A stretch of 64,000 nt of DNA, taken from assembly GCA_041489255.1 (NCBI GenBank), contig JBGPQV010000001.1:324099-388098 (forward strand), given 5' to 3'. Source of the stretch: Thermoplasmata archaeon (GTDB taxonomy: Archaea > Thermoplasmatota > Thermoplasmata > RBG-16-68-12 > JAFNFQ01). The notes under the pieces are model-generated. The model did not search any database, was not told where the DNA came from, and saw only the letters and a program-made list of their open reading frames with translations. Position numbers and translations under genes: made by a program. Positions 19,379 to 30,182 of this stretch are shown here, piece after piece (within the stretch, counting starts at the first letter, position 1; the number at the start of each line of letters is the position of its first letter).

Positions 19379-22141
19379 TCATCCACCTCTGAGCTTGAGC
19401 ACCCTGGCAATGTCCATCTTGGCGACCCGCCAAGAAACCAAGAACACGGTGAGCAGCATCGCTGTGGGCGCGAGGACAAGGAGATACAGCGTCTCCACCG
19501 GGATGCGGAATGGGTAGGGAACGAGCGACTGGACGCCGCCGATCGACCCGCCGAAGAACGCCAGCGAGGTCAGGTATGACGAGACGAGGCCGATGCTCAA
19601 TCCCACCAATAGGCCTATCAGCATGATCGAGAGCGCCTCCCCCACAAGCAGCCCCGCGGTCTGCCAGCCGGTCGAGCCCCTTGCGGTTATCGCGGCGAAC
19701 TCGACATCGCGCTCGATCGTTGCTGCATAGATGATGAGGCCGATCCCTACGGTGAGTATCACGATGATGTAGGCGATCTCCACGTAAATGAAGCCGAAGA
19801 GGGACGAGAACAGCGGGCCCGACGTCGCCTGCTCCAGCTCCTCCTGGTACACACGAATCCCCGAAGCCCCCAATGCCTGCACATCCGCTTTCGCGGCGCG
19901 CCAGTCCGCGCCTTGCTTCAAGTCGACGAGGTATGTCGTATCGAAAGGGATTTCGTAGTCCAGCGGTGACTCGAACAACTCACGAACCGTGACATTGCTC
20001 ACATAGATCATGGCGGGCACGTAGTACTGCCCGATGACTATGCCAGGCAGAGTCTTGACGACCCCGCCAATCGTCACGTTAATTTTCCGCGTAATCGAAT
20101 CTGTGCCGTTGAAAAGGGTCTGGTCCAGAGCTATCCTGTCCCCGACAGCCAGGTAATTGGCATCCAAGTAACTCCGCGAGACGAGCACCTGCCCCTCCGT
20201 CTTGAGCACCGCCTTAGCTCCCTGTGAATCGAGGCTCTCGAAATACCATGGCTCTGGCTGGGTCACCGCGAAGTAGGAATCTGCTTCGAGCACGCAGACC
20301 CGGGTGTATCCATATTCTGCGACTATTTCCGCAAACTCGAACTTCGTCACCGCCGCGACCTGCGGGAGCGAGGTTAGGTTCGATCTGAACGTCTCATCCG
20401 ATGACGGGGGAGAGATCGACATGTCGGCCCCGATCGATGCACGGACTTGGCTCTCTTGATAGGCCTGCTGGGACCCGAGGGTGGCGAAGACGAAAATGCC
20501 GAACCCGAGACCAAGGGCGATTATGAGCGCGATGTTGGCAGACCTCCTTGGGTTCCTCGAAAGATTGCGGCTGATTATGTAATAAAGATTCTTCGCGACG
20601 GGTTTGCACACGCGAGCCGTCCACTCATACACCTGCCCGGTTGCGCGCGTTAATAGACGGGTCGTGCCAACAATTAGGAAGATCGGGGCGAACGGCAGGA
20701 GGACTGTGAATATCATTCCGATGAGGAACAACATGAAGTCAGCGGGCGCAGACCTGCTCCATATCACTACCCCATAGGTGAACACCGAGAGTGCGACGAG
20801 GATGATGTCCGTGCTCGGTTTGTAATGAATCTTGGTCTCACCGGGCGCGTAATACTTCAGAGTCTCCACTATGGGGAGATTCGCTGTCCTCTTCGCGGAG
20901 CGATAGCTGATACCCGCCATGAGGACTATGCTCAAGATCAAGACAGAAACTATCGTGTCCAGCGACAACACGATGTCATTGTAGCGGGCCGTTAGACCCG
21001 AGGCGGAGGGATTCACGTATCCTACGATGAAACGGCTGAAGACCAAGCCGAGTGGGATGCCGATTGCGGTGGCGAGAACTCCTCCCAGAATGGCATCCAT
21101 GATCAACACGCCGATGATCTGTCTCTCCCTCGCTCCTCTGGTCTTGAGCACCGCGAGCTCCCGCCTACGTTCGGCGTGCCCCAACTCTGCCCCTATGATT
21201 CCGAGGTAGAGGCCGAGAAGGATGACAGGCAGCGAAAGAGCAAGGAAGACGAGCCGCTGGATCGTTAACGTCATGCTGAAAAGCGAGATTGAGCCCGACA
21301 GGTTATCCTGAACGTATCCTGCATACGGTGCCAATGCGGCCTCCAGCTGCCTACCGATTCTGGCGAGGTTGCGCTCTGTGCCAGCCAAATCGTACGGATC
21401 GAGGAAACGGGCATGGTCGATCCAGACCTCGCCTTGTGTCAAGTCCATATAGGAAGCTGGCATTCCCAGCTGCTCCCCGACCCAATCGATGTCGTTGATG
21501 TTCACGAATGAATAAATCCAGTAGTTCCAGTTGCCGCCGTAATAGCTGGACTGAGCGGGAGTCACGATTGCTGCAACAGTAAGATTTAGCAGACGCGACC
21601 GAAAAGTCCCATTAATCATGTCGAATTCCGAGTATTCATAGGTAACCACACCCCCGATTCTGACATCGAGGATACTCGCCGCCTCTGACCCCAGGGCCAC
21701 ATTGCCGCGAGGGAGTTCGAGGGAGCCGATGATTGTCGCGTCGCGCGGAATCGAAGGAGGATCGCTCGAATCTATTCCGTAGAAGGAGACGTCGAAACGC
21801 GAAGAATCGTTTTCCTTCCAGATCGTCAAACCGCCAATCTGTCGATAGACGACAACGTCGGTAACACCGGGGACCGCCAGCGCGGCGTCACGGATATCTG
21901 TCCAGTTCCCTTGGAAGGCGGTTATGCCATAGTCTCCCCACGGATTGTAGAGCAAGGCTTCGAACGATGACCGTGCGGATGAATCGATCGCGATGAACGT
22001 ACCAGAGACGAAGGTGATCGCCAGGACGACGCCGATCACGGAGGAGAGCGTCCTGCGACGGCTCCTAACGAAACTCGTGACTGAGTACCTCAACAGACCC
22101 AGTTTAATCCCTCTGCGGCGCGGAGGCGGCTTCGCAGTCAA
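19379..22141 (-). CDS. FtsX/MacB-like ABC permease (duplicated, large extracytoplasmic loops)
   Basis: Two FtsX-like halves (ERRRELAVLKTRGA; ERDVEFAAITARG); adjacent ATPase. Confidence 0.9.
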   Translation of the reverse strand: MTAKPPPRRRGIKLGLLRYSVTSFVRSRRRTLSSVIGVVLAITFVSGTFIAIDSSARSSFEALLYNPWGDYGITAFQGNWTDIRDAALAVPGVTDVVVYRQIGGLTIWKENDSSRFDVSFYGIDSSDPPSIPRDATIIGSLELPRGNVALGSEAASILDVRIGGVVTYEYSEFDMINGTFRSRLLNLTVAAIVTPAQSSYYGGNWNYWIYSFVNINDIDWVGEQLGMPASYMDLTQGEVWIDHARFLDPYDLAGTERNLARIGRQLEAALAPYAGYVQDNLSGSISLFSMTLTIQRLVFLALSLPVILLGLYLGIIGAELGHAERRRELAVLKTRGARERQIIGVLIMDAILGGVLATAIGIPLGLVFSRFIVGYVNPSASGLTARYNDIVLSLDTIVSVLILSIVLMAGISYRSAKRTANLPIVETLKYYAPGETKIHYKPSTDIILVALSVFTYGVVIWSRSAPADFMLFLIGMIFTVLLPFAPIFLIVGTTRLLTRATGQVYEWTARVCKPVAKNLYYIISRNLSRNPRRSANIALIIALGLGFGIFVFATLGSQQAYQESQVRASIGADMSISPPSSDETFRSNLTSLPQVAAVTKFEFAEIVAEYGYTRVCVLEADSYFAVTQPEPWYFESLDSQGAKAVLKTEGQVLVSRSYLDANYLAVGDRIALDQTLFNGTDSITRKINVTIGGVVKTLPGIVIGQYYVPAMIYVSNVTVRELFESPLDYEIPFDTTYLVDLKQGADWRAAKADVQALGASGIRVYQEELEQATSGPLFSSLFGFIYVEIAYIIVILTVGIGLIIYAATIERDVEFAAITARGSTGWQTAGLLVGEALSIMLIGLLVGLSIGLVSSYLTSLAFFGGSIGGVQSLVPYPFRIPVETLYLLVLAPTAMLLTVFLVSWRVAKMDIARVLKLRGG

Positions 22142-22521
22142 AAGCTTTTCGTGGTATCAACCACCTCGACTTCGATTCACCAGACCATTGGACCCTCACG
22201 GTCGCGGTCTCGACCGCATGATTCCCGGCGTCATTCCCGCCGCGATTCTGCACGCCGGAATACACCGGGCAGGACTCCGATAGGTTTAAGCTGGGCTTTA
22301 AAAAGGAAATTTCTGAGCTTTAAATAGCCAGCATCGGATATTATCCGTCCTGATAATCAACACGAAAACCACTTACGGCAGGGAGATGCAATGGGGTCAT
22401 ACGGGATCCGGGGCTAATGTGACCTTGAGTCAACCTCCAAGGTCGCCCACCTCCTCGATTCCCTCCCCCTCCCCCGGGTCCCCGTGTTTTATCTCTTCTT
22501 CTTGGAAACGCCGCAGGACTC

Positions 22522-23343
22522 TCAAAGGACAATCCAAATCAATAGCGCAATTCCGACCGCGAGGCAGTAAGGTGCGAAAGCGTAGAACCTCGCCCTCGAA
22601 ATGATCGCGAACAGCAATCTCAAAGCGAAAAAAGCGGAAATGGCGGCGGAAACGAGAGCGATAGTCAAGCTGAGCGCGTCGACGTTGAGACTTCCCGAAC
22701 CGGCATCGAGAAATCCCGCCATGGCGGCTCCGAGTATTGCGGGGACAGCAAGCAAGAAGGAATATTTCGCCACCCGGACTCTTTCCGCTCCGAGCATGAG
22801 GCCGGTGGATATGGTCGTGCCCGAGCGCGAGATTCCTGGAATGAGAGCGATGCCCTGGACCGCACCGACCGCCAACGCACCAGCTGTGCCCAACGGTTTC
22901 CTGTCTCTCTTGCGGACAGCGTAGGTCAGGGAGAGCACGACCCCGGTGATGATCAGCCCGATTGCAACGACCGTTAGCGAATGGAATAGAGGCTTGGTCC
23001 ACCGCCAGAGAACGAAGCCTATCAGAGCGGTCGGTATCGTCCCGATGACGATGAGCCAAGCGGTCATCGCGCCATCTTCCTCCTTGAGGACGACTGATGG
23101 CTTCTCTCCCGCCCGCCATCGTCTCATGAACCTCGCAAGAGATTTGAATATCTCGGCGACTTCCTTTCTCAGGAACACCAGGACGACCAGAGCCGTCGCC
23201 ACGTGAAGCAGCACGTCAAACATGACGGGCACGTCGAGTCCCCAGACCTCCTGCAGGATCACCAGATGCCCTGAGCTGCTCACGGGCAGCCACTCAGTCA
23301 GACCTTGCACGATGCCTAGAATCAGCGCTTGGACCGCGTCCAC
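22522..23343 (-). CDS. uppP: Undecaprenyl-diphosphate phosphatase (BacA/UppP family)
   Basis: GIVQGLTEWLPVSSSGHL and ALIPGISRSGTTI signature motifs. Confidence 0.95.
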   Translation of the reverse strand: MDAVQALILGIVQGLTEWLPVSSSGHLVILQEVWGLDVPVMFDVLLHVATALVVLVFLRKEVAEIFKSLARFMRRWRAGEKPSVVLKEEDGAMTAWLIVIGTIPTALIGFVLWRWTKPLFHSLTVVAIGLIITGVVLSLTYAVRKRDRKPLGTAGALAVGAVQGIALIPGISRSGTTISTGLMLGAERVRVAKYSFLLAVPAILGAAMAGFLDAGSGSLNVDALSLTIALVSAAISAFFALRLLFAIISRARFYAFAPYCLAVGIALLIWIVL

Positions 23344-23487
23344 GTGACCGCGCGTGGAGTCGCAACGACCGACTTAATGCTTTGGAGACGGTTTTCGGCT
23401 GGTCGCGTGACTTGCTGGATTAGATGGACTTACAACGCAATTTAAATACGCCCAGACCGCTGAGTTCAATGTCCCCTAGACGGCGGG

Positions 23488-25581
23488 GTGGTCCAAATGC
23501 CTACAAAGCTGAGACTCTCGATTGTTGTCGCTTTGCTGCTGACTGCGTCCTTCCTGCTCGTCCCCGCCAACTTCGTCAAAGCCCAAGATACCGAACCGCC
23601 CTGGGTGGCCTCCCACTACCCGGCCAACGGGATGGCCAACGTGCCGCTGAGCGCCAATATCTACGTCAACTTCAGCGAGCCGATGAACCAACTCTCCGTG
23701 AACGTCGGAATAATGCCATTAATCGCCTTGACGCCATCGTGGGACATGACACAGCAGTCGGTGATTTTCAGTCACGCCGTATCATACACTCCGAGCACGT
23801 GGTACACTGTGACGGTCAATGGCAATGACTTGGCGGGAAATCCGCTGGACGGCGACCACGACGGCACCGGCGGCGACCCGTTCATCTGGACGTTCATGAC
23901 GGGGTGCGGCCGCTGCATTCTGAGTACCGATCCCAGAGACGGCGAGGAGAATGTCGGCCTCACCAAGCCAATAACTGTCACCTTCAGCGAGAGGATGGAC
24001 GGCGCAACGATCACGGTGAACATCCTCCCCGTAATGACCTTCGCCCCGATCTGGAACAGCGGTTTCACAATCCTGACCCTGACCCATGCGAATCCGTTCG
24101 CCCAATGCACCGTCTACCGCGTGACCATCGGTGCTCCGGGCCTCGACCCCGGGCCGGTGCCGAACCCTTGGCAGTTCACGACCACCGGCTGTCCGCCGGT
24201 GATAACTGGCATCTCTCCTCAGCAGGTTGATGCCGCCCTCGATGCACCAATCCGCATCGACTTCAGCACGACGATGAACAACGCAACGGTCACGTGGACC
24301 CTCAACAGGACATTGACCCTCGCGTCCTCCTGGAATATCGACAACACCACCCTGAACCTCACCCATGATGTGAAGTTCCTCCCCTGCACGGACTACAGCT
24401 ATTCAATTACAGGTAAGGACATGTTCGGGCAACTGCTGGACAACGGCTCTTTCCCGATGCCTTACAACTTCACGACAATCTGCACATATCCGAAGGTACT
24501 CCAGACATCCCCGAGCCGCTCACAAGACAATGTGCCACTCGACGCGCCGATTGTGGTCAGCTTCAGCGAGTCTATGGACACTACGTCCGTGGAAGACTCC
24601 TTCTCCTACAACGACGACCGCCTGACCTTCTTTAACAAGACCGATGGCACCTCGTCGTGGAGCCAAAATAACTCAACATTCACGTTCGCGCCGAACAAGC
24701 CATATCGAACGGAGATTACGTATAATGTTCGGGCAAACGCGACCGCTCACGGCCTCGGCAACAACCCACTCGACGGGAATTCGAACGGCGTTCCAGACGG
24801 TCGTCCTGCGGACGATTATGTGTGGCAGTTCACGACCGCACAGGTCAGCGACACGACCCCGCCTACGGTGCAGACGGTCAGTCCGGCCCCTGATGCCACG
24901 GGGGTCCCCAAGGCCACCGCAGTCGTCATCACCTTCAGCGAGGCCATGAACAAGTTCTCGGTCGAGCATGCGATACAGATCACAGATGGCAGGGGCGCCT
25001 TTAATCCAAGTTGGCCCGACAATAAGACCGTCAGCTTCACTCTGGATCCTGGCCTCTTTTATGGAACAGCCTACACGGTCACCATCGATAACACGGCATC
25101 TGACCTCGTGGGGAATCAAATGTTTTCGGACTTCGTGTGGACATTCACGACTGAGAACTGGCGGGGGGACGTTCACGGCAGGGTGGTCGATGATGCTAAT
25201 GGCAGCCCGATATCCAACGCGACGGTCACGCTCGACGGGACGCAGACGCTGACAGACGGGGACGGGAATTTCACATTCAGGAACATCGAACAGGGGATAT
25301 ACGTCCTCAATGTCATGAAGGACGGCTATGACTCGAGCAGCGATTCCAAAGGCGTCGGACAGGGGGCGCTGCAGGACCTCGGCACTGTTAGATTGCACAA
25401 GACTCAGGTCGGACAGAGCAACGTGCTCTTTGTAGCGGCGACTGGCATCATCATAGCCGTTGTGATCGTGCTGCTCCTCCTCATCCTGCTGTCACGCAAG
25501 CGGAGGAAAGTGCAGCCCACGACATTCGAGCAGTGGAAGGGCGAGGTCGCCGAGGTCGAGAGGCCGGACAGCGGTCAGTGA
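23488..25581 (+). CDS. Surface protein: about 5 Big_5/SbsA-type Ig domains + carboxypeptidase-regulatory-like domain + TM anchor
   Basis: Signal peptide; repeated P..G..NVP....I.V.FSE.M; DxDxDG loops; many NxT/S sequons; C-terminal TM with basic tail. Confidence 0.88.
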   Translation: MVQMPTKLRLSIVVALLLTASFLLVPANFVKAQDTEPPWVASHYPANGMANVPLSANIYVNFSEPMNQLSVNVGIMPLIALTPSWDMTQQSVIFSHAVSYTPSTWYTVTVNGNDLAGNPLDGDHDGTGGDPFIWTFMTGCGRCILSTDPRDGEENVGLTKPITVTFSERMDGATITVNILPVMTFAPIWNSGFTILTLTHANPFAQCTVYRVTIGAPGLDPGPVPNPWQFTTTGCPPVITGISPQQVDAALDAPIRIDFSTTMNNATVTWTLNRTLTLASSWNIDNTTLNLTHDVKFLPCTDYSYSITGKDMFGQLLDNGSFPMPYNFTTICTYPKVLQTSPSRSQDNVPLDAPIVVSFSESMDTTSVEDSFSYNDDRLTFFNKTDGTSSWSQNNSTFTFAPNKPYRTEITYNVRANATAHGLGNNPLDGNSNGVPDGRPADDYVWQFTTAQVSDTTPPTVQTVSPAPDATGVPKATAVVITFSEAMNKFSVEHAIQITDGRGAFNPSWPDNKTVSFTLDPGLFYGTAYTVTIDNTASDLVGNQMFSDFVWTFTTENWRGDVHGRVVDDANGSPISNATVTLDGTQTLTDGDGNFTFRNIEQGIYVLNVMKDGYDSSSDSKGVGQGALQDLGTVRLHKTQVGQSNVLFVAATGIIIAVVIVLLLLILLSRKRRKVQPTTFEQWKGEVAEVERPDSGQ

Positions 25582-26442
25582 TCACTTGTAGTCGTAGAAG
25601 CCCCGGCCGGTCTTCCTTCCGAGCCGCCCGGCCTTGACCATCTTGCGCAGCAGCGGGCACGGCCTGTACTTGGGGTCTCCGAGGCCGTTTTGCAGGACGG
25701 TCATGATGTCCAGGCAGATGTCGAGTCCTATCAGGTCCGCCAGCTCCAGCGGCCCCATCGGGTGGTTGAAACCGAGCTTGGCGACCGTGTCGATCGCCTC
25801 CTTCGTGGCCACCCCTTCCTGGAGGCAGAAGATGGCCTCGTTGATGAACGGCATGAGGATCCTGTTGGCGGCGAAACCTGGGAAGTCCTGGACCTCCACC
25901 GGGGTCTTGCCGAGCTTCGCGGAGAGGTCGAAAACCACCTTGACCGTCTCGTCGCTCGTCTGCAGCCCGCGGATGACCTCGACCAGCTTCATCAGGGGCA
26001 CGGGGTTGAAGAAGTGCATGCCCACGAACTTCTGCGGGCGGTCCGTTGCGGCGGCGAGCTCGGTTATCGAAATGGAAGACGTGTTCGAGGCGAATATGAC
26101 GTCGGGCCTGCACAGCTTCGCGAGCTCACGGAATGCCTCCTTCTTCACCTCGGGGCTCTCGAACACCGCCTCGATGATTAGGTCGCAGTCGGCCAGGTCC
26201 TTCCATTCTGTCGTGCCCTTCACCCGCGACTGCACAGCCGCCTTCTCCTCGGCGGTCATCTTCCCTTTCTCGACTCCTCTCGAGAGGCTCTTCTCTATCG
26301 TGGCGAGGCCTTTCTGCACGAACCTGTCCTCGATGTCCCTCATCGCCACGCTGTGTCCGCTCTGCGCGAGGACCTGAGCGATCCCCGCCCCCATCGTTCC
26401 AGCGCCGATTACTCCGACTTTCCTGATCTCCAAGAACATCAC
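25582..26442 (-). CDS. hbd: 3-hydroxybutyryl/3-hydroxyacyl-CoA dehydrogenase
   Basis: [46 protein letters not shown]. Confidence 0.95.
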   Translation of the reverse strand: MMFLEIRKVGVIGAGTMGAGIAQVLAQSGHSVAMRDIEDRFVQKGLATIEKSLSRGVEKGKMTAEEKAAVQSRVKGTTEWKDLADCDLIIEAVFESPEVKKEAFRELAKLCRPDVIFASNTSSISITELAAATDRPQKFVGMHFFNPVPLMKLVEVIRGLQTSDETVKVVFDLSAKLGKTPVEVQDFPGFAANRILMPFINEAIFCLQEGVATKEAIDTVAKLGFNHPMGPLELADLIGLDICLDIMTVLQNGLGDPKYRPCPLLRKMVKAGRLGRKTGRGFYDYK

Positions 26443-26572
26443 CGGCGGACGGAAAAGCGGCGGGTTATTTCAGGGCTTCCGTCCGGCGGCCTGGCGGTTG
26501 GCGGCAAGATCTCGGGTCGAGAACCCGGCCTGGCACACCCTCCCCGTGTCCGCGGTCAGATCGGCCCGGCCG

Positions 26573-27745
26573 TCACATGTTCTCGATGAGCATCGCCATG
26601 GCATTGCCGCCGCCAAGGCAGATGGTGACGACGCCTCTCCTCGCGTTCCTGTCCTTCATGGCGTATATCAGGGTCGCGAGTATCCGCGCTCCCGAGCAGC
26701 CGATCGGGTGACCGAGGGCAACCGCCCCGCCATTCACGTTGAACCTCTCCCGCGGGATCCCCAGCTCCTTCATCACCGCCACGCTGGCGGAGGAGAAGGC
26801 CTCGTTGTGCTCCCAGAGGTCGATGTCCTTGACCTCGAGGCCTGTCTTCTTCAGGAGCTTCCGCACCGCGGGTATCGGGGCCTCCATGACCCATTCCGGC
26901 TTGACGCCGGCGCTCACGTAATCGACTATGCGAGCGAGCGGTTTGAAACCTTTCTTCATTGCCGCCTCGGAGGACATGACGACAGTGGCGGCACCGCCAT
27001 CGCTCAGCTGCGAGGCGTTCCCCGCCGTGACCTTGCCGTCCTTCTTGAACGCGGCCGGCAGCTTCGCCAGCTTCTCGACCGTCGAGTCGGACCTGATGCC
27101 CTCGTCCTGCTCGAACATCCTCTTCTCTGCCTTCAGTTCGACCGGGACGATCTCCGCCTTGAACTTGCCGTCCTGTGTCGCCCTGTTGGCCTTCATGTGG
27201 CTCTCGTAGGAGAAACGGTCCATGTCCTCGCGGGTGACGTTGTACCTGTCTGCGACAATCTCGCCTGTCATGCCCATGTGGAAATTGCTGTAGACGTCCC
27301 ACAGACCGTCGTACACCATCGCGTCGACCAGCTTGACGTCGTTCATCTTCGAGCCCCAGCGCAGTTCGCGGACCACGTAGGGGGCGTTGCTCATGCTCTC
27401 CATTCCTCCCGCAACGATTGTCTCCGCACTGCCGGCCTTAATCGCGTCGGCTGCGACACCGACAGCCTTCAAGCCAGAGGCGCAGACCTTGTTGACGGTG
27501 AAGGCGGGGACCGAGTCAGGTATCCCACCGGCCAGGGCCGCCTGGCGTGCCGGGGCCTGACCCAGACCGGCGGTCACGACGTTGCCCATGATGACCTCGT
27601 CGATCTCGACCGGGTTCACTCGCGCCCGGGCAACCGCTTCCTTTATCGCGATGGCGCCTAGCTGCGTAGATGAAAACCCCATTAACGATTTCCCATACCT
27701 GCCAATCGGCGTGCGGCATGCACTGATGATGACTGCTTCTGACAT
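26573..27745 (-). CDS. Acetyl-CoA C-acetyltransferase (thiolase)
   Basis: NKVCASG, NEAF, GGAVALGHPIG, ICLGGG. Confidence 0.96.
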   Translation of the reverse strand: MSEAVIISACRTPIGRYGKSLMGFSSTQLGAIAIKEAVARARVNPVEIDEVIMGNVVTAGLGQAPARQAALAGGIPDSVPAFTVNKVCASGLKAVGVAADAIKAGSAETIVAGGMESMSNAPYVVRELRWGSKMNDVKLVDAMVYDGLWDVYSNFHMGMTGEIVADRYNVTREDMDRFSYESHMKANRATQDGKFKAEIVPVELKAEKRMFEQDEGIRSDSTVEKLAKLPAAFKKDGKVTAGNASQLSDGGAATVVMSSEAAMKKGFKPLARIVDYVSAGVKPEWVMEAPIPAVRKLLKKTGLEVKDIDLWEHNEAFSSASVAVMKELGIPRERFNVNGGAVALGHPIGCSGARILATLIYAMKDRNARRGVVTICLGGGNAMAMLIENM

Positions 27746-27983
27746 TCTTTGCCCCCGGACGATTCGGAGAAAGCGCCACCGGTTATGAAGGTTGCCTGAT
27801 TACTGTATTGAGGGATGGCTCGGGCGCCACCTTGTATTCACTGGCTTGCACCCAGGCCTTCTCCTCGATGTCTATCGCAGCTTGGCTATCTGAAGGTTGG
27901 CTGGGCGAGTCGTCTAATGCAGTAGGTGATCCGCAGACGGCGTTGTCGCCATTCCCCTGTCGATGCCCAGAACGCTCGAATGA

Positions 27984-28883
27984 CTATGGCTGCGTCGGCG
28001 GCCGATAGGGCCCCTGGGGAGGTTGATACGGTCCTGGCGGCGGCTGGCCGTAAGCCGAGTAAGGAGGCTGCACATACACACCCTTCCGCCTCTGTCGGGA
28101 TCTCATGACCGCGAACAAGACGGCGACTATTACAACGACGAGCACGATGACAATCATGAGGATGATGAGCAGCGATCCCATCGACGCGTTCTGGTATTTG
28201 AAGGATTTCAGGTCGAGGTCCATTCCCATGGTCAATGATAGGCCCATGACCGAGCCGTTCAATTTCGCAGCGTAGCCAATCGAGTCCGAGTAGTAGATTC
28301 TCCCGGGGGACCCGCCGCCGCGCGGTGTCTGGGTGACCGTGAACGTGTTGAACGTGCCGGCAGGAACGGTGACGCTCGTTGGACCGGAGACCGAGAAATC
28401 GTTCGTGAGGGTGCTTGTCACATGGCTGCCGCCGGAAGTCGTGTTGCGCGTGCTGGTGGATGACCACGTCTGTCCGTTGCTCAGCGGGAACTGGAAGGTC
28501 TCCTGTGGCGGGTTGTAGGTGTCCACTGTTGTGAACCCCATGAACGATTGATATGTCTTCACCATGGCGAGGTTCGATGTCTTGAGGTAGATGTAGCTGG
28601 TCAAGGTGAAAGACGTTCCCCCGCTCGATACTGCGATGGTCACCGTGCAATTGAATGACTCGTACTCGGATGTGTCGATGGCCAGGGTGAATTTGTCCGC
28701 CACCTGCAGACGGACTATCACCGAGTACATGGCGCCGGAGATGTCGACGGAGCCGCTATATTCCCAGTAGTCGCCAATCGACCACGTTGGGGAATTACCT
28801 TGCGCCTTCGCCACGGGCGCGAGGATTACGAACGATCCGAGAACTAGCACGGCAACACCGAGAATCGATGCGAGCTTCCTCAT
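27984..28883 (-). CDS. Secreted, C-terminally anchored protein with Pro/Gln/Tyr-rich cytoplasmic tail
   Basis: Signal peptide MRKLASIL..., P.WSIGD.W.Y and V.VPAGTF motifs, TM, then QPPYSAYGQPPPGPYQPP. Confidence 0.8.
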   Translation of the reverse strand: MRKLASILGVAVLVLGSFVILAPVAKAQGNSPTWSIGDYWEYSGSVDISGAMYSVIVRLQVADKFTLAIDTSEYESFNCTVTIAVSSGGTSFTLTSYIYLKTSNLAMVKTYQSFMGFTTVDTYNPPQETFQFPLSNGQTWSSTSTRNTTSGGSHVTSTLTNDFSVSGPTSVTVPAGTFNTFTVTQTPRGGGSPGRIYYSDSIGYAAKLNGSVMGLSLTMGMDLDLKSFKYQNASMGSLLIILMIVIVLVVVIVAVLFAVMRSRQRRKGVYVQPPYSAYGQPPPGPYQPPQGPYRPPTQP

Positions 28884-28966
28884 GTTTTCAACACCTGATC
28901 GTTTGCTGGCATTGCGAACGGCGCTGGGCATATAAATATCGCGCAATCGCGTGCGACAACTGATAG

Positions 28967-29041
28967 CGGGCACGAGGGGATTCGAACCCCTGTCGGAGGC
29001 TCCGAAGGCCCCAAGCCTAGTCCAAACTAGCCGACGTGCCC
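28967..29041 (-). tRNA. tRNA-Arg(TCG), no encoded CCA, no intron
   Basis: Hand-folded cloverleaf: acceptor GGGCACG/CGTGCCC, D stem GGCT/GGCT (two G-U pairs), anticodon stem GGGGC/GCCTC with loop CT-TCG-GA, T arm AGGGG-TTCGAAT-CCCCT. Confidence 0.95.
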
Positions 29042-29286
29042 GGCGGCCGATGATGGCCTGCTTAGATATTCCTTGTGGTGACGCCAATCTTCAGGTTTCG
29101 AAAGCTAGCGTTCGCGTGAACGCACCAGTGTTCTCGTGACGTTTTCCTCTCTCGTGCGGACTCTCATCAAGATTCCTTTCTAGGAAATCACTTCATCTGA
29201 ATCCTGAACATCGCCATAATGCCCGTGTCGTGCAGGGCGGTGCGGAGGAGTGAGCTGCCAAGATCCAACGTCATGCGCGATGAAGC

Positions 29287-30051
29287 CTATTGAATGGGGA
29301 AGCCGCATCTAGGGCAGAAGGGACCATCCACGGCTTGGGCACCACACCGGCGGCAGAACTTCGCGCCAGCGGGGGATTGTGGCGGGCTTTGTATTTGGGG
29401 CTGCGGACCTTGTTGACCCATCGCCGGGTAAGGCGGCGGGCCCTGTGCTGCTGTCGGCTGGTAGACCGGCTGAGAGGGGCTCTGCGGGCCTCCAGTCTGA
29501 TAGCCCACCTGCGGCTGCGGTGTATGCATAGGCGGCTGATATCCTTGGTATTGCATGGCACCGGCAGACGCGTATTGGGGGTGCTGAGGTGGCGGAAGTA
29601 GGACACCCCTGTACATTTTCCTTGCTGCGAATAAACACACAACTGTGAGGATTCCTCCTATCGCCGGCCCGTAGAATCCTGCGCCGAACCACCAGTCATC
29701 CGAGCCTGAGACTGCAGCCACGAAGATCATGGCACCGACGATAACCAAGACGAGCTCAATGACGGAGAGATAGAACGCGAGAGAGACAACCCTCGGCGCA
29801 AGCGAGTTCGGATTCATGGCGCCCTTAAGTGATATCGCCGCGGTGTACACGAACGGCAGTCCAAGTGCAATCATAATCGCAAGAGTGACCGGATTACTTA
29901 CACCGATGTAGCCCCATTCCTGATAGCCTGCATAGTAGTTGTAATTGTACCAGCCGCCGAAATCTGTCAGAATCAGCAGCATGAAACCTGCCCCGCTGCC
30001 AATCAAGGCGCCTACGAATAGTCCGCTCCTCGAGTCTTGAGCCAAGTTCAA
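29287..30051 (-). CDS. Four-TM membrane protein with P/Q/Y-rich linker and C-terminal zinc ribbon
   Basis: 4 hydrophobic helices; low-complexity tail; FCRRCG...FCPRCG. Confidence 0.8.
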   Translation of the reverse strand: MNLAQDSRSGLFVGALIGSGAGFMLLILTDFGGWYNYNYYAGYQEWGYIGVSNPVTLAIMIALGLPFVYTAAISLKGAMNPNSLAPRVVSLAFYLSVIELVLVIVGAMIFVAAVSGSDDWWFGAGFYGPAIGGILTVVCLFAARKMYRGVLLPPPQHPQYASAGAMQYQGYQPPMHTPQPQVGYQTGGPQSPSQPVYQPTAAQGPPPYPAMGQQGPQPQIQSPPQSPAGAKFCRRCGAQAVDGPFCPRCGFPIQ

Positions 30052-30182
30052 CCCCGTGGATCATGATTCCTGCTTCGCCTCATTAAAGTTACGGATTCTG
30101 TCGACTTCTGAATGAATCCGCGAGCGATTGGCGGGAGGAACACAGGAGAATCGGAAGACGACTGGAAGAGCGGCCGACGCGG

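Noticed and set aside
28967-29041. tRNA-Arg as an integration site of a mobile element
   Set aside because: No integrase next to it, and I did not notice a duplicated tRNA 3' end in the window (not exhaustively searched).
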